DNA from: a virus
IMG/VR virus record: IMGVR_UViG_3300012933_000306
Location: 1-38,997 of that record
DNA length: 38,997 nt
Direction: 5' to 3' (one strand)
Both the position numbers and the translations under genes were made by a program. The notes beneath the pieces are model-generated. The model ran no database searches and had not been told where the DNA came from. It saw only the letters and a program-made list of their open reading frames with translations. Positions 9,442 through 17,891 of this stretch are shown here, one piece after another (the stretch's first letter is position 1; every line of letters starts with the position of its first letter).

Positions 9442-9959
9442 GATATGATTGGCTTAAATATGAAGATGCACCTAAACATTTGGTTCAAGCAGTCAGGCTT
9501 ATGGGTACTAAAGAAGTGCCTGGACTTAAGTCAAATCCTACGATTTTAGCTTGGGCCAAAGAGTTAAGATTGCATGAAATTTACCGAAATGACGATACGG
9601 CTTGGTGCGGATTATTTATTGCAATTACGTTACACAGGGCAGGAAGGGATATACTTCATGCCTACGGTAATTTAAGGGCAAGAGAATGGGCCAATTATGG
9701 TTTAAAAGTAGACAAAGCAGAATTAGCGGACATACTTGTATTTGTAAGAGAGGGAGGCGGTCATGTGGGATATTATGTAGCGGAAGATGCTGACTGTTAT
9801 CACGTATTAGGAGGAAATCAATCAAATATGGTAAATGTAACTAGGATTTTAAAAACTAGATGCACAGCCATTAGACGCATACCATATGACAATAAACCTA
9901 AAAATATAAGGTCAATTGTAATCAATTCATCCGCTGAAATAAGCACAAACGAAGCATAA
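9438..9959 (+). CDS. Endolysin, TIGR02594/NlpC-P60(CHAP)-like peptidoglycan hydrolase
   Basis: MRYDWLKYEDAPKHL...GLKSNPTILAWAKEL...DDTAWCGLFI...ADILVFVREGGGHVGYYV fits the TIGR02594 pattern. I prefer the ATG at 9438 (ATGA coupling) over the track start at 9363, whose extension is hydrophobic junk overlapping the previous gene. Confidence 0.8.
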   Translation: MRYDWLKYEDAPKHLVQAVRLMGTKEVPGLKSNPTILAWAKELRLHEIYRNDDTAWCGLFIAITLHRAGRDILHAYGNLRAREWANYGLKVDKAELADILVFVREGGGHVGYYVAEDADCYHVLGGNQSNMVNVTRILKTRCTAIRRIPYDNKPKNIRSIVINSSAEISTNEA

Positions 9960-9963
9960 CATT

Positions 9964-10950
9964 ATGGCGAATATAAAACTAACGCAAAAACAAAAATTAG
10001 CTATTGAGTATCTTAATAAGTTTCCTAGCATAAGTAAAAATTCTATTGCAGCTAAACTATACAATGCTCACGAAACTTTATTTCATAGCGTAGAAAACGC
10101 TAGAACGCAATTAAGACAAGTAAGCGGCACACTAGGCAAAAGCTCATCTAGACAAGTTAAAATAACACATACTCCTGATTTGCCGCCTAGTAAAATGCAA
10201 AATAGAGAATTTGTAGATTTGCCTGTTAGTTCAAATAACATTTTATGGCTTTCAGATATTCACATACCGAATCAAGATAATGCCGCTTTAAAATTGGCAA
10301 TTGACTACGGGGTTAAAAATAAGATTAATTGTATTGTGTTAGGTGGGGATATATTGGATAATACGCCTTTTACAAATCACGATGCGCCGCCTCCAGGAAA
10401 AGACGATGTAGTTGAATGGTTTGAGTATTGCGAAATATTTTTAAGCCATTTACGCACTAAATTTCCTAAAGCACATATTATTTGGATTGAAGGCAATCAT
10501 GATAACTGGTATATGCGCTATTTAATGAAGAAAGCGCCAATGCTTTTTAATGATGAATATTATAGATTGCCTCAAAGATTAAATCTAAAAAAATACAATG
10601 TAGACTTCTACGAACAGCATATAGTTGTAAGAGCAGGAAAGCTGCACATGCTGCATGGCCATACAATCGTTAGAGGCTTTATGGCACCTGTAAACGCTGC
10701 AAGAGGGGTATTTATGAGAGCCAAAAGTTCAATGATAATCGGCCACGTACATAGCAGTAGTAACCATTCTGAAACAAATATTAAAGAGGAGCCTATTAGC
10801 TGTTGGAGTGTTGGATGCCTTTGCACTTTAGCGCCTGATTATGATCCGCACAATACTAAACACAATGTAGGTTTTGCACATATTATAGTTGAAAAGAATG
10901 GAGATTTTGAGGTACTTAATAAAAGAATAATTAACGATAGAATACACTAA
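9964..10950 (+). CDS. Calcineurin-like metallophosphoesterase with a ~90-aa N-terminal extra (HTH-like) domain
   Basis: Motifs LSDIHIPNQD, GGDILD, GNHD, GHTI and GHVH match the DxH / GDxxD / GNH[DE] / H / GH metallophosphatase signature. Confidence 0.85.
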   Translation: MANIKLTQKQKLAIEYLNKFPSISKNSIAAKLYNAHETLFHSVENARTQLRQVSGTLGKSSSRQVKITHTPDLPPSKMQNREFVDLPVSSNNILWLSDIHIPNQDNAALKLAIDYGVKNKINCIVLGGDILDNTPFTNHDAPPPGKDDVVEWFEYCEIFLSHLRTKFPKAHIIWIEGNHDNWYMRYLMKKAPMLFNDEYYRLPQRLNLKKYNVDFYEQHIVVRAGKLHMLHGHTIVRGFMAPVNAARGVFMRAKSSMIIGHVHSSSNHSETNIKEEPISCWSVGCLCTLAPDYDPHNTKHNVGFAHIIVEKNGDFEVLNKRIINDRIH

Positions 10951-10953
10951 AAA

Positions 10954-11388
10954 ATGCGCTTCGAGAAAGTATATAGCATGGGTAAAATCTTAAGTAATGA
11001 TACTTATGAGGCTTTAATGTTTCAAGATAGAAACGGCCCTGCTTTTAGAGAATGCGAGAATGAGTTTAAAGACAATCGGGATTGGTGGATAATGCGCAAT
11101 AAAAGGAATGAGATAGTGGCTTATTGTGGTAGTGCTTATTCAGAAGGTATTGCTATTTTCCTACGTGCCTGGGTAATTAAGTCAAAAAGAGGCAAAGGAT
11201 TGCAAAAACACATGATTAAATTGCGTTTAAATGCCGCTAAACAGCGTAAATGCAGAGTAGCTATAACTTATACAATGAAATGGAATTACCCAAGTATGAA
11301 CAATTTAATAGGTTCTGGGTTTAAGATTTATGGCCCTTCATGGGAATACGGGGGTAAGGAAATGGTTTATTTTAAAAAAACTTTGTAA
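10954..11388 (+). CDS. GNAT-family N-acetyltransferase
   Basis: 144 aa. The motif-A-like segment VIKSKRGKGLQKHMI (R/Q-x-x-G-x-G/A) and overall size fit the GNAT fold. Confidence 0.7.
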   Translation: MRFEKVYSMGKILSNDTYEALMFQDRNGPAFRECENEFKDNRDWWIMRNKRNEIVAYCGSAYSEGIAIFLRAWVIKSKRGKGLQKHMIKLRLNAAKQRKCRVAITYTMKWNYPSMNNLIGSGFKIYGPSWEYGGKEMVYFKKTL

Positions 11389-11450
11389 TTAATAAAAAAC
11401 TTTATTATCTTTGGGCTTCATAGGTAATATTTGAGTTAATAAGCGAACAA

Positions 11451-11480
11451 GGCCCTTTATTTCTATAAGGGGCCTTTTTT
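11451..11480 (+). terminator. Rho-independent terminator closing the tail/lysis/accessory operon
   Basis: GGCCCTTTAT-ttct-ATAAGGGGCC (10-bp stem with one G-U pair) followed by TTTTTT. Confidence 0.8.
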
Positions 11481-11493
11481 AAAACGTAAAACA

Positions 11494-11658
11494 ATGGCAG
11501 GAGAATACATTACACAAACGCAATTAGCAGATAAGCTAGGAATTAGCTTACAGCATCTAAATTATTACATTAAGATTAAAGCCGTAAAGACTCAAAAGCA
11601 GTACGGCAAATTGCTTGTTTTAGCAGATACTAAACTAGACATTAGGAAAAATAAGTAA
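11494..11658 (+). CDS. Mini HTH DNA-binding protein (54 aa), paralogue of the 24144..24320 product
   Basis: Not in the ORF track. Hand translation gives MAGEYITQTQLADKLGISLQHLNYYIKIKAVKTQKQYGKLLVLADTKLDIRKNK. It shares the pattern ITQ-x-(E/Q)LA-xx-LGI-x-L-x-H-xx-YYIK...YG-x-LLV with the minus-strand 58-aa protein. Confidence 0.7.
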   Translation: MAGEYITQTQLADKLGISLQHLNYYIKIKAVKTQKQYGKLLVLADTKLDIRKNK

Positions 11659-11669
11659 CTATTTACCGC

Positions 11670-11696
11670 TTATCACGGTATTTTGCCATTTATCAC
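11670..11696. promoter_or_regulatory. Two phased TTATCAC boxes (possible operator)
   Basis: TTATCAC occurs at 11670..11676 and 11690..11696, with 20-bp phasing. Each is followed by (T)ATTTTG. They lie between the HTH gene and the promoter-like box. Confidence 0.35.
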
Positions 11697-11701
11697 AATT
11701 T

Positions 11702-11732
11702 ATTTTGAAGTTAGTAAAAAACTTATTTATCT
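11702..11732 (+). promoter_or_regulatory. Promoter-like box, copy A (TTTG -33-like and TATTTAT -7-like)
   Basis: attttgaagttagtaaaaaacttatttatct is near-identical to 13166..13196. The TTTG to TATTTAT start-to-start offset is 20 nt. It is upstream of the early ORF cluster. Confidence 0.45.
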
Positions 11733-11756
11733 TAGCAGTACAATAAAAAAATAACT

Positions 11757-11960
11757 ATGCTAAAAGTATTTACAATTATAGAAAGAGAAACAAATACAAT
11801 ACATCAAGTAGTAGCTAAATCTTTTATAAAAGCTGTTGATATAGCCAGTTCACATCATGATATATTTCCTTCAGAAAAGAATTATGAAATTTATGATGTC
11901 CATATACATGGCGATATGTATGGCAAACATTTATGTTGCACTAGTATTTATCATAAATGA
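11757..11960 (+). CDS. Hypothetical early protein (67 aa)
   Basis: ORF directly downstream of promoter box A. No recognisable motifs. Confidence 0.6.
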   Translation: MLKVFTIIERETNTIHQVVAKSFIKAVDIASSHHDIFPSEKNYEIYDVHIHGDMYGKHLCCTSIYHK

Positions 11961-12051
11961 ATGGATAATTAGAAACATAATTCTAATTAACTTAAAAACA
12001 AACAACAAAAAGTCTTTATTAACCGAAATTGGAAATATAAATCTAAAAACA

Positions 12052-12246
12052 ATGACACCAACAAAAGAACAATTACTTGAATTTGGTATTCAGCTTGACC
12101 GCGAGTCAATTGATGTATTTGAAATGAATTACTTATATCGCTTTGACGATGTTAACTATGTAATTCTTACAGACGGAACAGTTATTACACAAGAGGAGGA
12201 TAATGCTTGTGGCCCAGACTTCGCAATATTTCCAATAAAACATTAA
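12052..12246 (+). CDS. Hypothetical early protein (64 aa; shortened from track ORF 11857..12246)
   Basis: The internal ATG at 12052 (MTPTKEQLLEFG...) follows an A-rich leader. The upstream part of the track ORF overlaps the previous gene by about 100 nt and is low-complexity hydrophobic sequence. Confidence 0.55.
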   Translation: MTPTKEQLLEFGIQLDRESIDVFEMNYLYRFDDVNYVILTDGTVITQEEDNACGPDFAIFPIKH

Positions 12247-12249
12247 ATT

Positions 12250-12414
12250 ATGAAACTAGAAACTGTTTATCTATTAAATGAGGCATATAAATATTGCAGC
12301 GAAAATCAAAAATCTAGTGAGTTTATGCTAGAATTTATGCAAGAGTTTGCTAATGTAGATTTGGATTGTGTACTAAATTTTTTGATAAAAAATGGAAAAA
12401 TAATTAAGCTATGA
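12250..12414 (+). CDS. Hypothetical early protein (54 aa)
   Basis: Not in the track. Translation is MKLETVYLLNEAYKYCSENQKSSEFMLEFMQEFANVDLDCVLNFLIKNGKIIKL. ATGA overlap with the next gene. Confidence 0.5.
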   Translation: MKLETVYLLNEAYKYCSENQKSSEFMLEFMQEFANVDLDCVLNFLIKNGKIIKL

Positions 12415-12665
12415 GTATAAGATATAGATTGGCATTTAATCCTAAAAACCCATCACATTTATTTGATCGAGCCAATAAGTATTGGGAAGAAGAAAAAGCT
12501 GAAAAGGTTGAAACACATCTTAAAGAAATAATGCTAGAATATAACCTAGACAAGGATTCGCCAATAACCTTATGTTTTAGAGGTAATTTATTTTGGGTAT
12601 CAATGTATGGGGAAAGAATAGGTAAATTATTAATATTTCAAAATCTTGATAAAAATGGCAAATAG
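12411..12665 (+). CDS. Hypothetical early protein (84 aa)
   Basis: ORF in the track, translationally coupled on both sides. Confidence 0.65.
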   Translation: MSIRYRLAFNPKNPSHLFDRANKYWEEEKAEKVETHLKEIMLEYNLDKDSPITLCFRGNLFWVSMYGERIGKLLIFQNLDKNGK

Positions 12666-12801
12666 CATATATTATTTAGGTCATAACATATTTAAAATGG
12701 GCGATGTTTATATTACTACAATAGATAGTCAATCGCATCCTTTAATAACTTCAGCAAAAGTACATATCGATTTTATAACAAGTCAAAAACAAAAATCATG
12801 A
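12655..12801 (+). CDS. Hypothetical early protein (48 aa)
   Basis: Not in the track. Translation is MANSIYYLGHNIFKMGDVYITTIDSQSHPLITSAKVHIDFITSQKQKS. It fills the gap and has an ATGA overlap with 12798. Confidence 0.45.
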   Translation: MANSIYYLGHNIFKMGDVYITTIDSQSHPLITSAKVHIDFITSQKQKS

Positions 12802-13166
12802 GCCAATACTTTGATCAGATTATTATAGCTAAAAAGAATATCGAAATTGCGATATTTATGGGTGCAGACACGTCTAAAAGTACAAGACATGTCATTACAG
12901 ACGAATTGTGGGATTTACACATTAAAGGCGTATTTTATACCCGCAATGAGCTTTGTTATCACATGAGTTGGAATTGGCTATTTCCTGTATTCGACAAAAT
13001 ATCTGCATGTAAAGAATTAGAAACAGACGGCATTTTACAAAAGTGCAAAACAGACCTTTTAGCCGATTTTAATGATGGCGCACACATAGAGGATATTTGG
13101 TATGGCTGCTGGAAGTTTATCGGAAGATTAGACTATTTGAAAACAAAAGAACCATTGGAAAAATAA
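12798..13166 (+). CDS. Hypothetical early protein (122 aa)
   Basis: ORF in the track with no motifs recognised. Confidence 0.7.
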   Translation: MSQYFDQIIIAKKNIEIAIFMGADTSKSTRHVITDELWDLHIKGVFYTRNELCYHMSWNWLFPVFDKISACKELETDGILQKCKTDLLADFNDGAHIEDIWYGCWKFIGRLDYLKTKEPLEK

Positions 13167-13196
13167 ATTTTGTAGTTACTAAAAAAGTATTTATTT
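13166..13196 (+). promoter_or_regulatory. Promoter-like box, copy B
   Basis: attttgtagttactaaaaaagtatttatttt aligns with 11702..11732, differing at a few positions plus a 1-nt gap. Confidence 0.45.
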
Positions 13197-13218
13197 TCAC
13201 ATTATTAAATCAAAAACT

Positions 13219-13500
13219 ATGACAAAAGAACAAGAAACACAAGTGGCGCTTATTACTGCGCACATGCATTTCACTGAAATTGCAATCAAAGATGATGAGT
13301 TTTTAATTGACCATCTTAATTACTATGAAAAGGTAAAATCTTACGCTGAAAGAAACAATATTCAATTATCTACAATTAACCCAAATGAAATTATCAATTC
13401 TATCCTTAAACGCGCTAGAGGTAACGATTACCGTGCTGATATTTTTAATGATAGTGTTTCTGTTCATAACAACGATAGTGGCATTATATCTGATTTGTAA
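13219..13500 (+). CDS. Hypothetical protein (93 aa)
   Basis: ORF downstream of promoter box B. Confidence 0.7.
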   Translation: MTKEQETQVALITAHMHFTEIAIKDDEFLIDHLNYYEKVKSYAERNNIQLSTINPNEIINSILKRARGNDYRADIFNDSVSVHNNDSGIISDL

Positions 13501-13615
13501 GAACTGGAGATGGTTCCTTACAGGAAAATAGGACATACAAGGTATATCGGGCCGATGTTTCTACATTAGCTCCTTTTTAACAAACAATTTTAAAACACAA
13601 CATAAAACAAGTAAC

Positions 13616-13966
13616 ATGGAAATCAAGTTAAAAATCGAAGCGAGCGAAGATTTGTTAAACGCAATTAACGGATTAGCTAACGCACTAAGTAAAACTACTC
13701 CGACTGAAAAAGTTAAAACCGCAGTAAAAAAAGCATCCCCCGCTGAAGTAAAAGAAGAAACACAAGAGGAATCAGAGCCAACTGAAACACAAGAGGTTGA
13801 AGCAAATTACACGGCAGCTCAAATAAAAGAAATGGGTCAAAGCGTTGCAGCTAAGGGAAAAAAAGATGAAGTAAAAGCCTTAATTAGCAAATATGGCGCA
13901 TCTAAATTATCAGATTTAGCCGAAGCAGATTACCACGCATTTGTAAAAGATTTAAACGCTTTATAA
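13616..13966 (+). CDS. Hypothetical acidic protein (116 aa)
   Basis: ORF with an E/K-rich centre. ATGA-type coupling to the nuclease gene. Confidence 0.7.
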   Translation: MEIKLKIEASEDLLNAINGLANALSKTTPTEKVKTAVKKASPAEVKEETQEESEPTETQEVEANYTAAQIKEMGQSVAAKGKKDEVKALISKYGASKLSDLAEADYHAFVKDLNAL

Positions 13967-15120
13967 TGGCACACGCATTACTATCCCCCTCTAGCGCTTC
14001 AAGATGGATTGCTTGCACTCCGTCAGCGAGGTTCGAACAGCAATTTCCTGATAGCTCCTCTGTATTTGCACAAGAGGGTACATTGGCCCATAGCTTAGGG
14101 GAATTGCTTATTAACTTTAAGCTAGGTTGGATAAAAAAACCTGCTTATAAAAAAGCCTTAGAACTAATCAAGAAAAACGAGCATTATGAGGAGGCGATGT
14201 TTGATCATTGCGAAGATTATGCAGTGTTTGTAATGGAACGCTATGCAGAAGCTCAAACAAGGTCAAAATACGCACAAATTCATTTAGAAGTTAAGCTTGA
14301 TATGACTAAGTGGGTTCCAGATGGTTTTGGAACAAGTGATGTCGTTATCGTAGCGGATGACTTTATGGAAACGATTGACTTAAAGTATGGTAAAGGCGTA
14401 CCTGTATCAGTTGAGGAAAATAAACAACAAATGCTTTATGCATTAGGAGCTTTAGACGGCTACGAGTTTTTATTTGATATTCATACTGTACGCATGACCG
14501 TATATCAGCCAAGACTTGACAATATCGCATCATGGGAAACAACTGTAATGGCTTTAAAGTTATGGGCTGAAGATGATTTAACTACTAAAGCAAATATGGC
14601 CCACAACGGCGAGGGCGATTTTATACCTGGGCCACATTGCGGTTTTTGCAGAGGTAAAGCAGTATGTAAAGCATTAGCTGAATACAATTTACAATTAGCT
14701 AAACATGAGTTTGCGCATCCTAACATTTTAAAAGATGAGGATATTGCAGCCATTATGGAAAAGACTAAAATGTTTGTTAATTGGATTGAATCAGTAAATA
14801 GCTATGCTTTAGATCAGGCAATTAATCACAATAAAAAATGGCCAGGTTACAAAGTTGTAGAAGGCAGAAGCAATAGAAAATATGCTGATGCTGAAAAAGT
14901 AGCTGAAATTTTAAGCAAAAAAGGTTATCCTGAAGAAACTATTTACAACAAAAAGTTGATTGGTATAAGTGATATGGAAAGCGAATTGGGGAAAAAATTA
15001 TTTGCAGATTTATTGGGCGAATACATAATTAAACCACAAGGAAAGCCTACTTTAGCACCCGCAACAGATAAAAGACCTGAAATTAATAGTTTAGAAAAGG
15101 CACAAAAAGAGTTTTCATAG
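13966..15120 (+). CDS. PD-(D/E)XK (Cas4-like) nuclease, DUF2800 family
   Basis: The N-terminus MAHALLSPSSASRWIACTPS is typical of DUF2800. Also present are D...DLKYGKG (D-x(n)-(D/E)-x-K) and a C-terminal Cys cluster CGFCRGKAVC. It precedes a DUF2815 gene and polA, as in the known module. Confidence 0.85.
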   Translation: MAHALLSPSSASRWIACTPSARFEQQFPDSSSVFAQEGTLAHSLGELLINFKLGWIKKPAYKKALELIKKNEHYEEAMFDHCEDYAVFVMERYAEAQTRSKYAQIHLEVKLDMTKWVPDGFGTSDVVIVADDFMETIDLKYGKGVPVSVEENKQQMLYALGALDGYEFLFDIHTVRMTVYQPRLDNIASWETTVMALKLWAEDDLTTKANMAHNGEGDFIPGPHCGFCRGKAVCKALAEYNLQLAKHEFAHPNILKDEDIAAIMEKTKMFVNWIESVNSYALDQAINHNKKWPGYKVVEGRSNRKYADAEKVAEILSKKGYPEETIYNKKLIGISDMESELGKKLFADLLGEYIIKPQGKPTLAPATDKRPEINSLEKAQKEFS

Positions 15121-15154
15121 CAACACAATTATAAACAAACAAAAACCAAAAACG

Positions 15155-15715
15155 ATGAGTACGAACACTCCAAAAAAAGACCCTTGTCTAGTAGTAACAG
15201 CAAAAGTGCGCTTAAGTTATGCGCATATCTGGACTCCACAAGCGGCACAAGAAGGCGGCGAACCTAAGTATTCGCTGTCAATCATTATCCCAAAATCGGA
15301 TAAGGCAACGATTAAAGCAATTGAGGAAGCCACTAAAGCAGCAGCCGAATTAGGCAAAGCTAAATTAGGCGGTAAAATCCCAGCTACTTTAAAGGTTCCT
15401 TTACGTGATGGGGATGCAGAAAGAGAAGATGATGAGGCTTACCTTAATTCATTATTCTTAAATGCATCAAGTAAAAGCAAACCGCAAATCGTGGATGCTG
15501 ATGTTAACCCAATCTTAGACCAAGAGCAAGTGTATAGCGGATGTTATGCACGTGTATCTTTACGCTTCTATGCTTACAACAGCAATGGAAGTAAAGGAGT
15601 TGCAGCTGGTTTAGGAAATATCCAAAAGTTAGCTGATGGCGAACCTTTAGGTGGTAAGCGTTCAGCTGAAGCAGACTTCGGAGCTTTTAAGTCTGAACAA
15701 GATGACGATCTTTAA
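15155..15715 (+). CDS. ssDNA-binding-like protein, DUF2815 family
   Basis: VVTAKVRLSYAHIWTPQA N-terminal pattern, acidic C-terminal tail (SEQDDDL) and conserved position between DUF2800 and the polymerase. Confidence 0.8.
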   Translation: MSTNTPKKDPCLVVTAKVRLSYAHIWTPQAAQEGGEPKYSLSIIIPKSDKATIKAIEEATKAAAELGKAKLGGKIPATLKVPLRDGDAEREDDEAYLNSLFLNASSKSKPQIVDADVNPILDQEQVYSGCYARVSLRFYAYNSNGSKGVAAGLGNIQKLADGEPLGGKRSAEADFGAFKSEQDDDL

Positions 15716-15724
15716 ATTGTAACT

Positions 15725-15751
15725 GCTAGGGGCTTCGGCTCCTAGCTTTTT
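15725..15751 (+). terminator. Rho-independent terminator (probably partial)
   Basis: GCTAGGGGC-ttcg-GCTCCTAGC (9-bp stem with one G-U pair) followed by TTTTT. Confidence 0.7.
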
Positions 15752-15763
15752 AATTTTTTACTT

Positions 15764-15943
15764 ATGGACGATAATTCAATTATGCCATTCGGCAAATACC
15801 AAGGAAAAAAGTTGATACAAGTACCTGCTCCATACTTATTATGGCTTTACAATAAAGGATGTTGGGATTTAGGAGTTAAAAAATACATACAAGACAATTT
15901 GAACTTTTTACTTAATGAAATGAGTAAAATTAAAAGAAGATAA
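15764..15943 (+). CDS. DUF3820-like small protein (59 aa)
   Basis: Not in the track. Translation is MDDNSIMPFGKYQGKKLIQVPAPYLLWLYNKGCWDLGVKKYIQDNLNFLLNEMSKIKRR. The MPFGKYQGK...P..YL.WL pattern is characteristic. Its stop overlaps the polymerase ATG. Confidence 0.7.
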   Translation: MDDNSIMPFGKYQGKKLIQVPAPYLLWLYNKGCWDLGVKKYIQDNLNFLLNEMSKIKRR

Positions 15944-17889
15944 TGCACACATTAAATATCGATATTGAAACGTTTAGTTCTAATGATTTGCTAAAAGGTG
16001 GCGTATATAAATATGTAGAAGCATCAGACTTTCAAATATTATTGATGGCCTATTCATTGAATAATGGCTCTGTGGAGATAATAGACCTTGCTAATGGCGA
16101 GAAAGTTCCTAAAACGTTTATTGATGCGTTAAAAGATAAAAACGTCTTAAAAAAGGCTTATAATGCGAATTTTGAACGCACTTGTTTAGCAAGGGCATTT
16201 GGCGAAGATATGCCCCCTGAACAATGGGAATGTACTATGATGAAAGCATCCATGTTAGGATTGCCTTTAAGCCTTGATGCATGTAGCAAAGCGCTTAATT
16301 TAACAGAGAAAAAAGATAACGGTGGTAAATCGTTGATAAGATATTTTAGCTTACCCTGTAAGCCCACAAAGGTAAATGGAGAAAGAGAAAGAAACCTGCC
16401 TGAACACAGCCCTGAAAAATGGGAATATTTTAAGGCATATTGTGTTCAAGACGTTAAAACTGAAATGGCAATCGGGGATAAAATTGCTTTCTTTAACATC
16501 CCTAAACATGAAAAGGAATTATGGAATTTAGATCAAAAGATGAATGATTGGGGCGTTTTAGTAGACAAGCAATTTGTCTTGAACGCTATTGAAATTGATG
16601 AAATAAACAAAAAACGTCTAGTTTCTGAAGCAATAAACTTGACAGGCTTAAATAATCCTAATAGTGTTTCACAACTTAAAGCGTGGATACAAGCAGAGGT
16701 TGAAGGCCCTATTGAGAAGTTAAGTAAAGACATTATTCCAGAATTGATGAAAGCGACTGACTCTGAAATAGTAAAAAGAGTACTCACGATTAGACAAGAA
16801 ATGTCAAAAACATCTGTTAAAAAATATGAAGCCATGAAGTCTGCTATCTGTTTTGACAATAGAGTTAGAGGCTTATTACAATTTTACGGTGCCAACCGTA
16901 CAGGACGATGGGCGGGTAGACTTGTCCAGGTACAGAATTTACCCCAAAATCATATTAAGGAATTAGAATTTGCAAAACAATTAGTAAAAGACAATGATTT
17001 AGAAGGACTTGAAATGTTTTTTGACAATGTTCCTGACACACTTTCGCAATTAATCAGGACAAGTTTTATTGCTCCAGAGGGCAGCCGTTATATCGTTGCT
17101 GACTTTTCTGCTATTGAGGCTAGAGTTATTGCATGGTTAGCAGATGAGTCATGGAGAATTGACGTATTTAAAACCCATGGCAAAATCTATGAGGCCTCTG
17201 CATCACAAATGTTTAAAATACCGATTGAGAATATTACAAAAGACCTAAGACAAAAAGGTAAAATTGCCGAATTGGCTTTAGGTTATCAAGGCGGCCCGAA
17301 TGCATTACTTAAAATGGGGGCGCTTAAAATGGGATTAGAGGAATTGGAATTACCTGAAATAGTTAGTAAATGGAGGGCGGCAAATAAAGGTATCACGGAA
17401 TATTGGTATTCGATAGATGCTGCCGCCACTAACTGTGTTTATGATTGTCAACCTATATCAACTAAACATGGCATTAACTTTAGATTGCATAAAGGTATTT
17501 TATTTATTGACTTACCTTCTGGAAGATCGCTTTCATATTTAAGACCCAGAGTTGAAAAAACTGGATTTGTCGGACATTCAACATTGACTTATGAAGGCAT
17601 GGATCAAACTACTAAGCAATGGCGCAGACAAGATACGTATGGCGGTAAGCTAGTCGAGAACATAGTACAAGCTGTTGCAAGGGATTGTTTAGCTTATACA
17701 ATGCTTAAAGTGGCAAAAGCTGGGTACAATATTGTATTACACGTACACGATGAAATTGTAATAGAATGTCCTGATAATGAAGGTTCACTTGAAAAAATAC
17801 TAAATATAATGCGCGAACCAATACCTTGGGCTAAGGGTTTACCGCTTGATGGCGCTGGATTTGAAACTAAATACTATAAAAAAGATTAA
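15943..17889 (+). CDS. Family A DNA polymerase with 3'-5' exonuclease domain
   Basis: Exo motifs DIETFS, NANFERTCL and YCVQDVKTE. Pol motifs are DFSAIEARVIAWL (A), RQKGKIAELALGYQGG (B) and HVHDEIVIE (C). Confidence 0.95.
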   Translation: MHTLNIDIETFSSNDLLKGGVYKYVEASDFQILLMAYSLNNGSVEIIDLANGEKVPKTFIDALKDKNVLKKAYNANFERTCLARAFGEDMPPEQWECTMMKASMLGLPLSLDACSKALNLTEKKDNGGKSLIRYFSLPCKPTKVNGERERNLPEHSPEKWEYFKAYCVQDVKTEMAIGDKIAFFNIPKHEKELWNLDQKMNDWGVLVDKQFVLNAIEIDEINKKRLVSEAINLTGLNNPNSVSQLKAWIQAEVEGPIEKLSKDIIPELMKATDSEIVKRVLTIRQEMSKTSVKKYEAMKSAICFDNRVRGLLQFYGANRTGRWAGRLVQVQNLPQNHIKELEFAKQLVKDNDLEGLEMFFDNVPDTLSQLIRTSFIAPEGSRYIVADFSAIEARVIAWLADESWRIDVFKTHGKIYEASASQMFKIPIENITKDLRQKGKIAELALGYQGGPNALLKMGALKMGLEELELPEIVSKWRAANKGITEYWYSIDAAATNCVYDCQPISTKHGINFRLHKGILFIDLPSGRSLSYLRPRVEKTGFVGHSTLTYEGMDQTTKQWRRQDTYGGKLVENIVQAVARDCLAYTMLKVAKAGYNIVLHVHDEIVIECPDNEGSLEKILNIMREPIPWAKGLPLDGAGFETKYYKKD

Positions 17890-17891
17890 CA

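Noticed and set aside
11857-12051. Long N-terminal part of track ORF 11857..12246.
   Set aside because: It overlaps 11757..11960 by about 100 nt in another frame and encodes Ile/Met/Phe-rich low-complexity sequence. The internal ATG at 12052 gives a compact, non-overlapping gene.
13501-13615. Possible structured small RNA: GGAG...CTCC closing helix, TTCCT-tac-AGGAA hairpin and a trailing TTTTT.
   Set aside because: The helices are short (4 to 5 bp) and interrupted, no family signature is recognisable, and it could simply be a weak terminator. There is not enough evidence to call it.
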